In this document: piece by piece, positions 1-7,896 of the stretch
Layout of the letters: each line of letters starts with the position of its first letter
How positions within the stretch are numbered: the stretch's first letter is position 1
Virus record (IMG/VR): IMGVR_UViG_3300044878_000053
Span: 1 to 28,829 of that record
Reading direction: 5' to 3' (one strand)
Length of the DNA stretch: 28,829 nt
Source of the DNA: a virus
Lineage: Duplodnaviria > Caudoviricetes
Notes under the pieces: model-generated
What the model was told of the DNA's origin: nothing
The model's database searches: none
The model's input: the letters and a program-made list of their open reading frames with translations, nothing else
Position numbers and translations under genes: made by a program

Positions 1-514
1 CTACGTGGAAACAGTGAACGTTGTAATCACCAAGCAGAACATCCAGCTTTTCCTCGACGACAACGAGGGGAAAGAGTTCGAATGGCTGTGCCGCAATTTC
101 GATGTGTATTTTGACCATTACATACCAAGCGAAAGATATGAAGAGCACCAACCTACTGAGTCGCAGATCCGTCAGCTCTATTTGAAGCTGGCTGAGAAGT
201 ATCCAAACTCGTATCCGATCAAAGCGTGGAAAGAACAACGCTTTAATGATACCACCTGTCGTTCCACCAAGATCATCAACAAAGATGGTGTGGTGACTAC
301 GTGCTGGTCGGAAGCGGGCAAAGATGCTGTCCTCGACGAAGGTAAAGGGTTGGCTGCTAAACATGCGGCTGAAGAACGATTCATCGAACACTACGGGTGT
401 CTGTCGTGCGAGTATTACCAACGCTGCGGTTTGCGTTGCTTCTTGCATCACAGCTTTATCGAAGGCTCTACTACAGAGTGTGAGATCAAGCTCCTGTTCG
501 ACGAAATCTTGTAG
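1..514 (+). CDS. C-terminal part of a radical SAM/SPASM-like Fe-S protein (5' end outside the window)
   Basis: The ORF is open from the window edge. It has the Cys pattern 'TTCRSTKIINKDGVVTTCW...CLSCEYYQRCGLRC...EC', typical of SPASM/Twitch auxiliary cluster domains, and sits directly upstream of four radical SAM genes. The CX3CX2C motif is not visible because the gene is truncated. Confidence 0.7.
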   Translation, partial: YVETVNVVITKQNIQLFLDDNEGKEFEWLCRNFDVYFDHYIPSERYEEHQPTESQIRQLYLKLAEKYPNSYPIKAWKEQRFNDTTCRSTKIINKDGVVTTCWSEAGKDAVLDEGKGLAAKHAAEERFIEHYGCLSCEYYQRCGLRCFLHHSFIEGSTTECEIKLLFDEIL

Positions 515-517
515 CCC

Positions 518-553
518 AGGGCCGGTGGCTAGAACCACCGGCTTTGTGCCGTC
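518..553 (+). terminator. Hairpin followed by TTTGTGCCGT (variant of the TATGCCG 3'-end motif) inside the radical SAM cluster
   Basis: GCCGGTGG (521-528) pairs with CCACCGGC (535-542), followed by TTTGTGCCGTC and then the SD TAAGGAG of the next gene. Confidence 0.55.
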
Positions 554-568
554 ACTAAGGAGTGAAAT

Positions 569-1657
569 ATGAATCTCATTATTAAGCCTACGGTTAACTG
601 TAACTTCAAGTGCACCTTCTGCTCGAGCACCAAGCTGTCAGAAGAAGCCAAAGACATCGTGGAATTGGTGGACATTGAAAGCTTCCTCCACCGGTTTCCT
701 GAAACCTCAACCATCATCGTGAATGGTGGTGACCCCCTGATGATGCCTCCTCAGTACTACTGGGACATCATTGCTATCCTCGACCGTTTGGGGATGGACA
801 CTACGCTCGCGTTCACTACCAACCTGTGGGCTTTCTATAAGAAGCCTGAGATGTGGACGGATCTGTTTAAGCATGAACGGGTAGGGGTGACGACTTCGTT
901 CCAGTACGGGGACAAACGGCTCAAGGGTGACGGTGAGGTCTTTACTGACCAAGACTTCCTGAAGATCTCTAACCTGTTCCTAGAACGGGTGGGCTATCGT
1001 CCTGACTTCATTGCGGTGATTGACCAAGACAACGTCGACACTGTAATGCGTACCGTGAAGATGGCTCGGTACTTAGGGATTGAAGCCAAGATCAACTACG
1101 TGTCTGCTTCAGGCCCTGAGGTGAACAATCGTGGTGTGGTGATGGGGTCTTACAACAACTTCTACACCCAAGCGGACATGTACGAACAATACTTGGAGAT
1201 CCATGATGCGGGTCTAGGTGAGTTCGAGTACAACACCAAACAGATGGTGCGTCGTCTCAAACACGGTAACACTACCTGTCCTCTGTCGCGTAACTGTGAC
1301 TCCGGTATCCGTGCGTTACAACCCGGCCAGAACTACTACTCGTGCGGTAGCTTTGGTGACGACAATGAACACCCGATTGACTTCCAGCGAGAGATGGCTG
1401 GTGAGTTCTTTACCCCTCTCCAACAAGTTGCTGAACTCGACTCGATGAAACAAGCGTGCTACGAGTGTCCGATGTTCAGTATCTGCAATGGTTGCCGTAA
1501 GACGATCGCTGACACCAAACGTTTCGGTCTGACGGAGTACCACTGTAAGAAGATGAAGTCTCTCGCTCCACGCATCATTGAAGCCAACGGTTTAACAGGG
1601 TTGATCGAGCCAACTCCGTACGTTGATGAATCCGTCCAGATTATTGCAAGAGGTTAA
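569..1657 (+). CDS. Radical SAM/SPASM-domain protein (anaerobic sulfatase maturase/peptide maturase-like), 362 aa
   Basis: N-terminal 'IIKPTVNCNFKCTFC' (CX3CX2C), 'NGGDP' SAM-binding motif, C-terminal 'CPLSRNC...YYSC...CYECPMFSICNGC...C' SPASM Cys pattern, and an AAGGAG SD. Confidence 0.92.
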   Translation: MNLIIKPTVNCNFKCTFCSSTKLSEEAKDIVELVDIESFLHRFPETSTIIVNGGDPLMMPPQYYWDIIAILDRLGMDTTLAFTTNLWAFYKKPEMWTDLFKHERVGVTTSFQYGDKRLKGDGEVFTDQDFLKISNLFLERVGYRPDFIAVIDQDNVDTVMRTVKMARYLGIEAKINYVSASGPEVNNRGVVMGSYNNFYTQADMYEQYLEIHDAGLGEFEYNTKQMVRRLKHGNTTCPLSRNCDSGIRALQPGQNYYSCGSFGDDNEHPIDFQREMAGEFFTPLQQVAELDSMKQACYECPMFSICNGCRKTIADTKRFGLTEYHCKKMKSLAPRIIEANGLTGLIEPTPYVDESVQIIARG

Positions 1658-1658
1658 C

Positions 1659-2039
1659 ATGACTCAAGAAGTAAAAGACAACGTTCACTTGATCCATGGT
1701 TTGATTGACACTCAGACAGGCGCTGATCCCATCTGTGTCTATGTTGACAAAGAAAGTCTGGTCGAGAAACTGGAAGACATCGTTCACAACGTCGTGACTG
1801 TCCGGTACTGGATTAGTAGCGTCCCGTTGAAAACGGTTGAAGAAGCTGATGAACAGACCCTCGAGCAAGTCATGGGTCATTTGGATGCCGAGATCGACCA
1901 TCGGTACTCCGACATCACCGGTTACCTGTGGACCGACGAACACTTCAAGGTAGGTGGTCATGACCTCATCCCAATCTTCGAAGAGGCCGAAGGGAAATAT
2001 CTCTTACTGGAAATCACAGTCCATGAAAAGTCCGATTAA
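1659..2039 (+). CDS. Hypothetical acidic protein, 126 aa (start reassigned to ATG 1659)
   Basis: The ATG lies 1 nt after the upstream TAA, with a GAGG SD. The ORF fills the gap between two radical SAM genes and has no Cys cluster motif. Confidence 0.75.
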   Translation: MTQEVKDNVHLIHGLIDTQTGADPICVYVDKESLVEKLEDIVHNVVTVRYWISSVPLKTVEEADEQTLEQVMGHLDAEIDHRYSDITGYLWTDEHFKVGGHDLIPIFEEAEGKYLLLEITVHEKSD

Positions 2040-2970
2040 CCTCAGCGTTAACCTCACGTACTACTGTAACTTCAAATGTGGGTTCTGCTATTTGACTCCA
2101 GAGCAACTGCGTGACCGTCAACGGTTGCCTCTGGACATCTTGGAACAACGCCTCGATACCATCTTAGAGGAATACGACGTACACCACGTTGACCTCTATG
2201 GTGGTGAAGTTATGGTGCTCCCGAAAGAGTACCTGTTTCAAGTGCGGGACATTCTCCATGCGCGTGGGATTGACGACATAGTCCTTGTGACTAACGGCTC
2301 CATTACCAACGAAGTCACCTCGTGTCTGGACTTCGATTTAACGGTGTCATACGACCTCACAGCGCGTGAAAGAGCAGATTGGGTACTAGGCAACCTCTTT
2401 ATGCTCGATCGTCCTTATACGGTGCTTACGTTAGCTTCTAGAGCGTTCCTCGATACCGTATCGGTGGACGACTACGTGAACGAGATGAATCTGCTCAATC
2501 AGATGAAGTGTGCAGAGATCAAACCGTACTCGAGCAACCAAGCCAACCAGCACAACGTCACTTACAAAGAGTTCGAAGACTTTGTGTGGGCCGTGATCCA
2601 ACACCCTGAACGTAAGTTCTATTTCGAGAACCGTACACAGGTGAAGGAAGCGGTTGAAGGTCTACGCAATGCTTACAGTGATGATCATCTCTACATCACA
2701 CCTGAAGGCAACTTCGCGGTGTTGGAGTTCGATCACAACGATCATGAATTCTTCCTGAAAATGGATGACTTGCATCAATACCGTAACTGGTGTCAGGTGG
2801 AACGATTCCGTGTGGAGGGCAATCTGTTCTGCGGTACTTGCCCTTACAAAGGGAATTGCCTGTCAGAACACTTACGCGACGTGAAGTCCTTGGACAATTC
2901 CTGCAACGGATTCCGAGGGCTCTTAGACAGGTGGGCTGAACATGCAAGTACAACACCGTCAGAGGCTTGA
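2023..2970 (+). CDS. Radical SAM protein with C-terminal Cys-rich auxiliary cluster, 315 aa (start reassigned to ATG 2023)
   Basis: 'NLSVNLTYYCNFKCGFCYL' (CX3CX2C), 'LYGGE', 'VTNGS', and C-terminal 'CGTCPYKGNCLSEH...SC'. Confidence 0.9.
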   Translation: MKSPINLSVNLTYYCNFKCGFCYLTPEQLRDRQRLPLDILEQRLDTILEEYDVHHVDLYGGEVMVLPKEYLFQVRDILHARGIDDIVLVTNGSITNEVTSCLDFDLTVSYDLTARERADWVLGNLFMLDRPYTVLTLASRAFLDTVSVDDYVNEMNLLNQMKCAEIKPYSSNQANQHNVTYKEFEDFVWAVIQHPERKFYFENRTQVKEAVEGLRNAYSDDHLYITPEGNFAVLEFDHNDHEFFLKMDDLHQYRNWCQVERFRVEGNLFCGTCPYKGNCLSEHLRDVKSLDNSCNGFRGLLDRWAEHASTTPSEA

Positions 2971-3946
2971 GATCACCCTAGACCTGTTCCGAGGTTGTGG
3001 GCATCACTGTGCTGGCTGTATGATCGACAAGAGTCTAGGAGGGGACGTTAACGACCTTCCTGACTTGTACGCGTTGATCCGTGAGATGACTGCTGTGGGT
3101 TACGTAGCGTTCGATTTAGGGGTTGGACCTACTGACTACATGACTGCGACTAACACGCAGGAAGTGATGAACCACACGACCTTCCAGCAGATGGCTCAGT
3201 TGTTTCATCAAGTTACATTCAACGCTGCGTTCCTCGATACCAACCTCGACAACTACACAGCGATGTGTGAGGACATTGATGACGCAGTACCCGGCAAACC
3301 AATTCGCTTTCTGATCCCAGCCGTCCCTTCCCATTTCAAGAATGAGAAGTTCGGGTTGATGATCAAAGAGAAGTTGGAGCACATCAAAAAGACTCTAGAC
3401 CTTGCCTACTTAAACGAAGCAGGGTTTGTGGTCAACTGTACACAGGACACCATCGACGACAAGTTCGAGGAGCATTTACGTAATGGGTTTGATATTGAAT
3501 TCGTGGTGGACAAAGACGACATCCTCACCATCCCTTACGGAAGAGCACCCAACAAAGACCTCATGGTGGCGCAGAATGTTCGACGAGTCTCTCATCGAAT
3601 CAGTTCGTTTTATGCGGAGCTAAATGGTGAAGACGAAAGACGCCGTAACCCTGACCTTCACTACGACACTGGGACCATGGTCAACCTCCTTTATACAGGC
3701 GGTAAGCTCTACTGGGTTCCTTTCCTCAAAGACGACTGTCCGTTTCTGGACGACGAGTTTGTAATCGAGCGCCCCTGGTCTATGGCGAATCTGTTAGCGG
3801 CTCGTGAGCGCGCTCGTACGGCCTCCCTGGACTATCTAGCTGACACTCCTTGTATGGAATGTCCCCACCTCGGTAGTTGTCTCGAGAAAGGGATCACCAG
3901 CATCATGAAGAAGCTCTCGATCAAAGATTGTCTAGTGGGGTTGTGA
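2942..3946 (+). CDS. Divergent radical SAM-like Fe-S protein, 334 aa
   Basis: 'LDLFRGCGHHCAGC' (CX3CX2C), 'GPTD' at the usual GGE position, and C-terminal 'CMECPHLGSC...C'. Confidence 0.75.
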   Translation: MQVQHRQRLEITLDLFRGCGHHCAGCMIDKSLGGDVNDLPDLYALIREMTAVGYVAFDLGVGPTDYMTATNTQEVMNHTTFQQMAQLFHQVTFNAAFLDTNLDNYTAMCEDIDDAVPGKPIRFLIPAVPSHFKNEKFGLMIKEKLEHIKKTLDLAYLNEAGFVVNCTQDTIDDKFEEHLRNGFDIEFVVDKDDILTIPYGRAPNKDLMVAQNVRRVSHRISSFYAELNGEDERRRNPDLHYDTGTMVNLLYTGGKLYWVPFLKDDCPFLDDEFVIERPWSMANLLAARERARTASLDYLADTPCMECPHLGSCLEKGITSIMKKLSIKDCLVGL

Positions 3947-3947
3947 C

Positions 3948-4994
3948 ATGTTCTCCAAACGCATTTCGCAATCTTTCAACCTGTCGTTAGAAATACTGGT
4001 CGGGTGCAAGTTCTCTTGCCCCGGCTGTACGGTGGACAAAAACTATGCTCCCCTCGTTTTACCTGAGGAAGACACGCAAGCGTTACTTAGCCTCGTTGAC
4101 TCCCTCCAAAAGGAAGACTTTCGGCTTCTTGAGTTTAAGGTTGGTCCTACCGATCTTGTTAGTTCTGACAATGGGCACGCTGCTCTTACTCACCCCTTGG
4201 TTGTGGGGATGTCACAGTACTACAAAGCTCTTAACATCAACCTCGCATTGCTCCACACTGACGGCCTGGTGGAGTTGGCTGAACTTCTAGACAACCTGAT
4301 GCCGGGTAAGAAGTTGAGTGTGACCATTCCTTTAACGCTGGGGAATATCACCAAGCCTAAGTACATGGCGCTGCTCAAAGAACACGTCACCTACTTCAAG
4401 AGTCTGTTGAAACGTGTGGACTTCAATCGAGTCTACGCCAACTTCAACATCATTGAAGAGAACCTCAAAGACCTGACCATCGCTCAGTATGAAGCTGCGC
4501 ATGAAATGGACTTAGGGGACGTGGGGATTGTGGTGGAGTTTCCATTCGCCCACTCTCGTTTAGGGTTCGACAATCTGTTGGTTCAGGATCAATTCCGTCG
4601 TGATCTGTTCCAGTACACCGAGTTCGCCAAAGCTCGTGTAAACACGCGTTCCTTCCGACCCTTACAACCGGCCATCCTAGAAGGTTTCGAGTTCACCTAC
4701 CGCGCTGGAAAGCTTTACAGTACCCCTGTGCTGGTGGAGAACCTACCGATCTTCGACCCAGCGTTTGAATTACCTAAACCATGGACTACGGAGTCCGTAT
4801 TAACGTACAAAGAACACAGATACTACGACAACCTTGTCGAGTTTGCAGACCATCCATCATGCGGCGATTGCTGCTTCTTGGATCACTGTGCTCGTGGTGA
4901 CGTACACCGGGTGATGAAACTGGTGGGACGTGACGATTGCTTGACAGGGACTAAAAACCGTTGGGATCTGATTCTCGTAGAGGAAGGGATGTAA
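3948..4994 (+). CDS. Divergent radical SAM-like Fe-S protein, 348 aa, paralog of 2942-3946
   Basis: 'LEILVGCKFSCPGC' (CX3CX2C), 'VGPTD', 'YRAGKLY...PW' shared with the upstream paralog (YTGGKLY...PW), and C-terminal 'CGDCCFLDHC...C'. Confidence 0.75.
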   Translation: MFSKRISQSFNLSLEILVGCKFSCPGCTVDKNYAPLVLPEEDTQALLSLVDSLQKEDFRLLEFKVGPTDLVSSDNGHAALTHPLVVGMSQYYKALNINLALLHTDGLVELAELLDNLMPGKKLSVTIPLTLGNITKPKYMALLKEHVTYFKSLLKRVDFNRVYANFNIIEENLKDLTIAQYEAAHEMDLGDVGIVVEFPFAHSRLGFDNLLVQDQFRRDLFQYTEFAKARVNTRSFRPLQPAILEGFEFTYRAGKLYSTPVLVENLPIFDPAFELPKPWTTESVLTYKEHRYYDNLVEFADHPSCGDCCFLDHCARGDVHRVMKLVGRDDCLTGTKNRWDLILVEEGM

Positions 4995-5425
4995 TGTCTG
5001 ACCTGCCACACAAGCAATACCAAGAGTTGTACCAGATGGTTGTACAAGACCATCCTGACGATTTTGCCAAGATGGAAATCGTGTTGGACGAAGAGCTACT
5101 GGAGAATGCTAAGCACTACTTCCGTGAAGCTTCGTTCCCACTGATCTATCCAGCGAAGTCGATGGCTGTGGCTGTGATCTACGCTTTGCTGCTGGAAGAA
5201 ACCTACGCAATCAATCCGTTTGATTCGTTGCGTGACCCGGAGCTGTTCTTAGGGCAGGACGAATACTTCCAGACCTACGACAACCATCCCCTGATCTACG
5301 ACCAGTTGCTCGAGTGGGTGTTGAGTCACGACAACTGGAAAGAGATGGGCTGGGCACCGAAGACCGTGGAGTACTTCCGTTTGGAATGTACTGAAGAAGG
5401 CATCCGTGAAACCTTAGGGGGTTAG
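4994..5425 (+). CDS. Hypothetical acidic helical protein in the radical SAM operon, 143 aa (start reassigned to ATG 4994)
   Basis: TAATG stop/start overlap with the upstream gene and an upstream GAGGAAGG SD. No recognisable family. Confidence 0.75.
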   Translation: MSDLPHKQYQELYQMVVQDHPDDFAKMEIVLDEELLENAKHYFREASFPLIYPAKSMAVAVIYALLLEETYAINPFDSLRDPELFLGQDEYFQTYDNHPLIYDQLLEWVLSHDNWKEMGWAPKTVEYFRLECTEEGIRETLGG

Positions 5426-5427
5426 TT

Positions 5428-5985
5428 ATGAGAATCATTGAACCATGGCGTACACCGATTGGTCACATCAACCTCGGTCACTGTCTGGACATGGAAGCTC
5501 TCAGAAATGAGATCGGCACTCTAGCGATGATGGCTCAGGAAGACGGGGATCAGCGATTCGTCAATGACTACTCCACCTTCCCGAACATCGTGCATCTGCG
5601 CAAGGACATCATTGACCACGAGGTCAAGGACTTCGTCTTTAAGCAGTGGGATTACCTCATGGGTAGTTTCCGTGTAGAGACCAACGCTAAGTGGTTCCGT
5701 GAAGGTGAAGGCCTGTTCCCTCACTACCACCCCGGTTCTCAAGTGTCGGCCATCTTCTATCCTGAGACGTCTCCTTCAGGCTTGGCGATGTTTGACCCAC
5801 GGGGCAATGCGTGTCGTGGTTATCCCAAACCGATCCGTAACAAGTTCCTCGGTACACACCTGATCTCTCCAGAAGCAGGTGACCTCTGGATCTTCCCTTC
5901 CTTCGTACAACACAGTGTAGCCCACGTCAAAGAGGACACTCGGCTTTCTATGTTGTGTGAATACTACTTCTCTGACGAGCGCTAA
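5428..5985 (+). CDS. Putative 2OG-Fe(II) oxygenase (TIGR02466-like, HxH type), 185 aa
   Basis: 'LFPHYHPGSQVSAIFYP...FDPRG...PEAGDLWIFPSFVQHSV...RLSM' is the double-stranded beta-helix pattern with HxH...H...R. Confidence 0.85.
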   Translation: MRIIEPWRTPIGHINLGHCLDMEALRNEIGTLAMMAQEDGDQRFVNDYSTFPNIVHLRKDIIDHEVKDFVFKQWDYLMGSFRVETNAKWFREGEGLFPHYHPGSQVSAIFYPETSPSGLAMFDPRGNACRGYPKPIRNKFLGTHLISPEAGDLWIFPSFVQHSVAHVKEDTRLSMLCEYYFSDER

Positions 5986-5987
5986 TT

Positions 5988-6542
5988 ATGGAACTGATTC
6001 AACCTTGGAACACGACTATCTTCAAAGGTAACGTGTCCCACATGTGTAACGTGGATGCTATCGCTGCTGAGATCCTGACGCTCCACAGCTTGTCTCCTCA
6101 GGAGTCCACCACTCCGTATAAAGTCACCGCCGAAGAGTTCCCAGCTCTGTGCGACTTCCGTGATCGTGTAGTTACCAATCTGGTGAAGGAGTTCGTCAAA
6201 CAAACGATGGACTTCGACCTGACTCAATTCACTGTCGACACGTTCGGCAAGTGGTTTGCTAAAGGCGAAGACCTGGCTCCTCACGTCCACGGTAGCACTG
6301 GCTTTACCACGATCTTCTACCCTGACGATTACGAATCAGGCATGATGATCTTCGACCCACGCGGTAACGCTTCCCGTGGTTATCCACGAGCGATCCGTGA
6401 TGGTCACTTCGCTCCCTACTCGGTGTTCCCGAAGAAGGGTGATCTCTATATCTTGCCGTCGTTCCTGCAACATTATGTACCGACAGTCAAGGATGACCTG
6501 CGGCTGTCGTTGATTAACGATTACATGTTCTCAGGGGTTTGA
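5988..6542 (+). CDS. Putative 2OG-Fe(II) oxygenase (TIGR02466-like), 184 aa, paralog of the upstream gene
   Basis: 'LAPHVHGSTGFTTIFYP...FDPRGNASRGYP...PKKGDLYILPSFLQHYV...RLSL'. Confidence 0.85.
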   Translation: MELIQPWNTTIFKGNVSHMCNVDAIAAEILTLHSLSPQESTTPYKVTAEEFPALCDFRDRVVTNLVKEFVKQTMDFDLTQFTVDTFGKWFAKGEDLAPHVHGSTGFTTIFYPDDYESGMMIFDPRGNASRGYPRAIRDGHFAPYSVFPKKGDLYILPSFLQHYVPTVKDDLRLSLINDYMFSGV

Positions 6543-6543
6543 T

Positions 6544-7221
6544 ATGTTCGCTGTGCAAAACAAAGGCGAGATCAAGAAGAAGCAACAGGAGTTAAAAGAC
6601 CGAGGCTTCTACACTGGTAAAGTCGATGGTATCTGGGGTCCTTTGTCTGAGGCTGCGATGGTTGCGGCTCGAGGAGAGAAAGTGGTGACTCCACCGTTTG
6701 ACACTACTCGGATTATCTGGGCCAAGAAGGTTGATCGTGCTTTCATCATTCGTGTGCGTGACATCGCTGTAGCTCTTGAGATGCCCACAGAGGGCGCTAA
6801 CTGGCTGATGGCGTGTATGGCATTCGAGACGGGTGAAACCTTCTCACCGACGATCAAGAACGGCGCTGGTGCTCCTTACTACGGTCTGATCCAGTTCGGC
6901 GATGCTGCGGCTAAAGATGCTGGCACTACGGTCGAGGCTCTGCTGAAGATGACTGCTCTGGAACAACTGGAGTACGTCTACAACTTCTTCAAACCGTACA
7001 AAGGTAAGCTGAAGACTCTGTCCGATTGCTACATGAGAATTCTCTATCCGGTCGCAGTAGGTAAAGCGGAAGACTATGTACTCTTTGATACCGTCAAGAA
7101 ACCTACGGCTTACTTCCAAAACCGTGGTTTGGATTTGAATAAAGACGGGTTTATCACGAAGGGCGAATGTGCGGCTAAGGTGCAACAGAAGTTCGAGCGT
7201 GGTGCACAGTTCATTCTGTGA
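6544..7221 (+). CDS. Modular endolysin: N-terminal peptidoglycan-binding domain plus lysozyme-like/lytic transglycosylase domain, 225 aa
   Basis: 'QQELKDRGFYTGKVDGIWGPLSEAA' is the PG-binding D-G-x-x-G-P signature. 'WLMACMAFETGETFSP...YYGLIQF' gives the catalytic Glu and GLxQ motif. C-terminal 'NRGLDLNKDGFITKGE'. Confidence 0.88.
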   Translation: MFAVQNKGEIKKKQQELKDRGFYTGKVDGIWGPLSEAAMVAARGEKVVTPPFDTTRIIWAKKVDRAFIIRVRDIAVALEMPTEGANWLMACMAFETGETFSPTIKNGAGAPYYGLIQFGDAAAKDAGTTVEALLKMTALEQLEYVYNFFKPYKGKLKTLSDCYMRILYPVAVGKAEDYVLFDTVKKPTAYFQNRGLDLNKDGFITKGECAAKVQQKFERGAQFIL

Positions 7222-7262
7222 CGGCATAGAGGGAGGCCCAAAAGGCCTCCCTCGTTATGCCC
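7221..7262. terminator. Bidirectional hairpin flanked on both strands by TATGCC(G/C), between convergent genes
   Basis: Perfect 10 bp stem GAGGGAGGCC (7229-7238) / GGCCTCCCTC (7244-7253), with ACGGCATA on the left and GTTATGCCC on the right. No U-tract on either strand. Confidence 0.75.
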
Positions 7263-7664
7263 CTACATTCCTAAAAGAACTTGGATCAATTCCTTGCCAA
7301 CTTCAAATACGGATGCAAGTGTTTCTTTGTCCCAAGCTGCGCCATTCGGGTCGTAGGATGCGTAACACCCAATCACCACCATGGCCAACGCCACGATCAC
7401 CGAACCGGCTTTCATAACGTTCACCCCACGGGATGAGCTTGAGTCCACGCCTTCCAAGTTACCGATGTCCATAGTCAGAATAGCGATTTGGGTTTTATCC
7501 TCCATCGCTACGATCTTTTCCATGACAGCAGAACCTGAGTCGGTTAAGGCTACTTGTTTATCTTCAGGCAGGTGAAAGTTACAGATCTTTGCAACCATCT
7601 CTCCCCACGGAAAGGTACCAATGGTTTGGCTACCGATGGTACCCAGAGCACCTCCGATGTTCAT
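7263..7664 (-). CDS. Putative membrane protein, 133 aa (holin-like candidate)
   Basis: Hydrophobic segment 'AGSVIVALAMVVIGCYASY', an amphipathic C-terminal helix and a Gly-rich N-terminus. Adjacent to the endolysin. The function is inferred only. Confidence 0.55.
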   Translation of the reverse strand: MNIGGALGTIGSQTIGTFPWGEMVAKICNFHLPEDKQVALTDSGSAVMEKIVAMEDKTQIAILTMDIGNLEGVDSSSSRGVNVMKAGSVIVALAMVVIGCYASYDPNGAAWDKETLASVFEVGKELIQVLLGM

Positions 7665-7669
7665 ATGGT

Positions 7670-7894
7670 CTACACCTTGTTGTGGTCTGAAGTAGTCTCC
7701 TTATCGATCTTGGATTGTTCCTTCAAGTCCTTGACCTCACTCTCCAACCGCTCCCGATCTGCCTTAACCCCATCGACCTGTTTCTCGGCCTCTTTGATAG
7801 CTAAGGTTGTATGGTCCATGTACGCGTATACCCCTCCCAGTACAGAACCGATCAGCAGCAAGTGGAGAATGCTCTTTTTGATTCCCACAACCAT
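7670..7894 (-). CDS. Small N-terminally anchored coiled-coil membrane protein, about 74 aa (i-spanin-like topology)
   Basis: 'KKSILHLLLIGSVLGGVYAY' TM segment followed by the heptad-like 'IKEAEKQVDGVKADRERLESEVKDLKEQ'. ATG 7894 follows the RuvC stop. Confidence 0.6.
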   Translation of the reverse strand: MVVGIKKSILHLLLIGSVLGGVYAYMDHTTLAIKEAEKQVDGVKADRERLESEVKDLKEQSKIDKETTSDHNKV

Positions 7895-7896
7895 TA

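Noticed and set aside
569-4994. Radical SAM genes as QueE (7-deazaguanine), NrdG, MoaA or viperin
   Set aside because: No queC/queD/folE/dpdA, nrdD or moa partners are in the window, and the C-terminal multi-Cys extensions fit SPASM-type maturases better. Not fully excluded without an HMM search.
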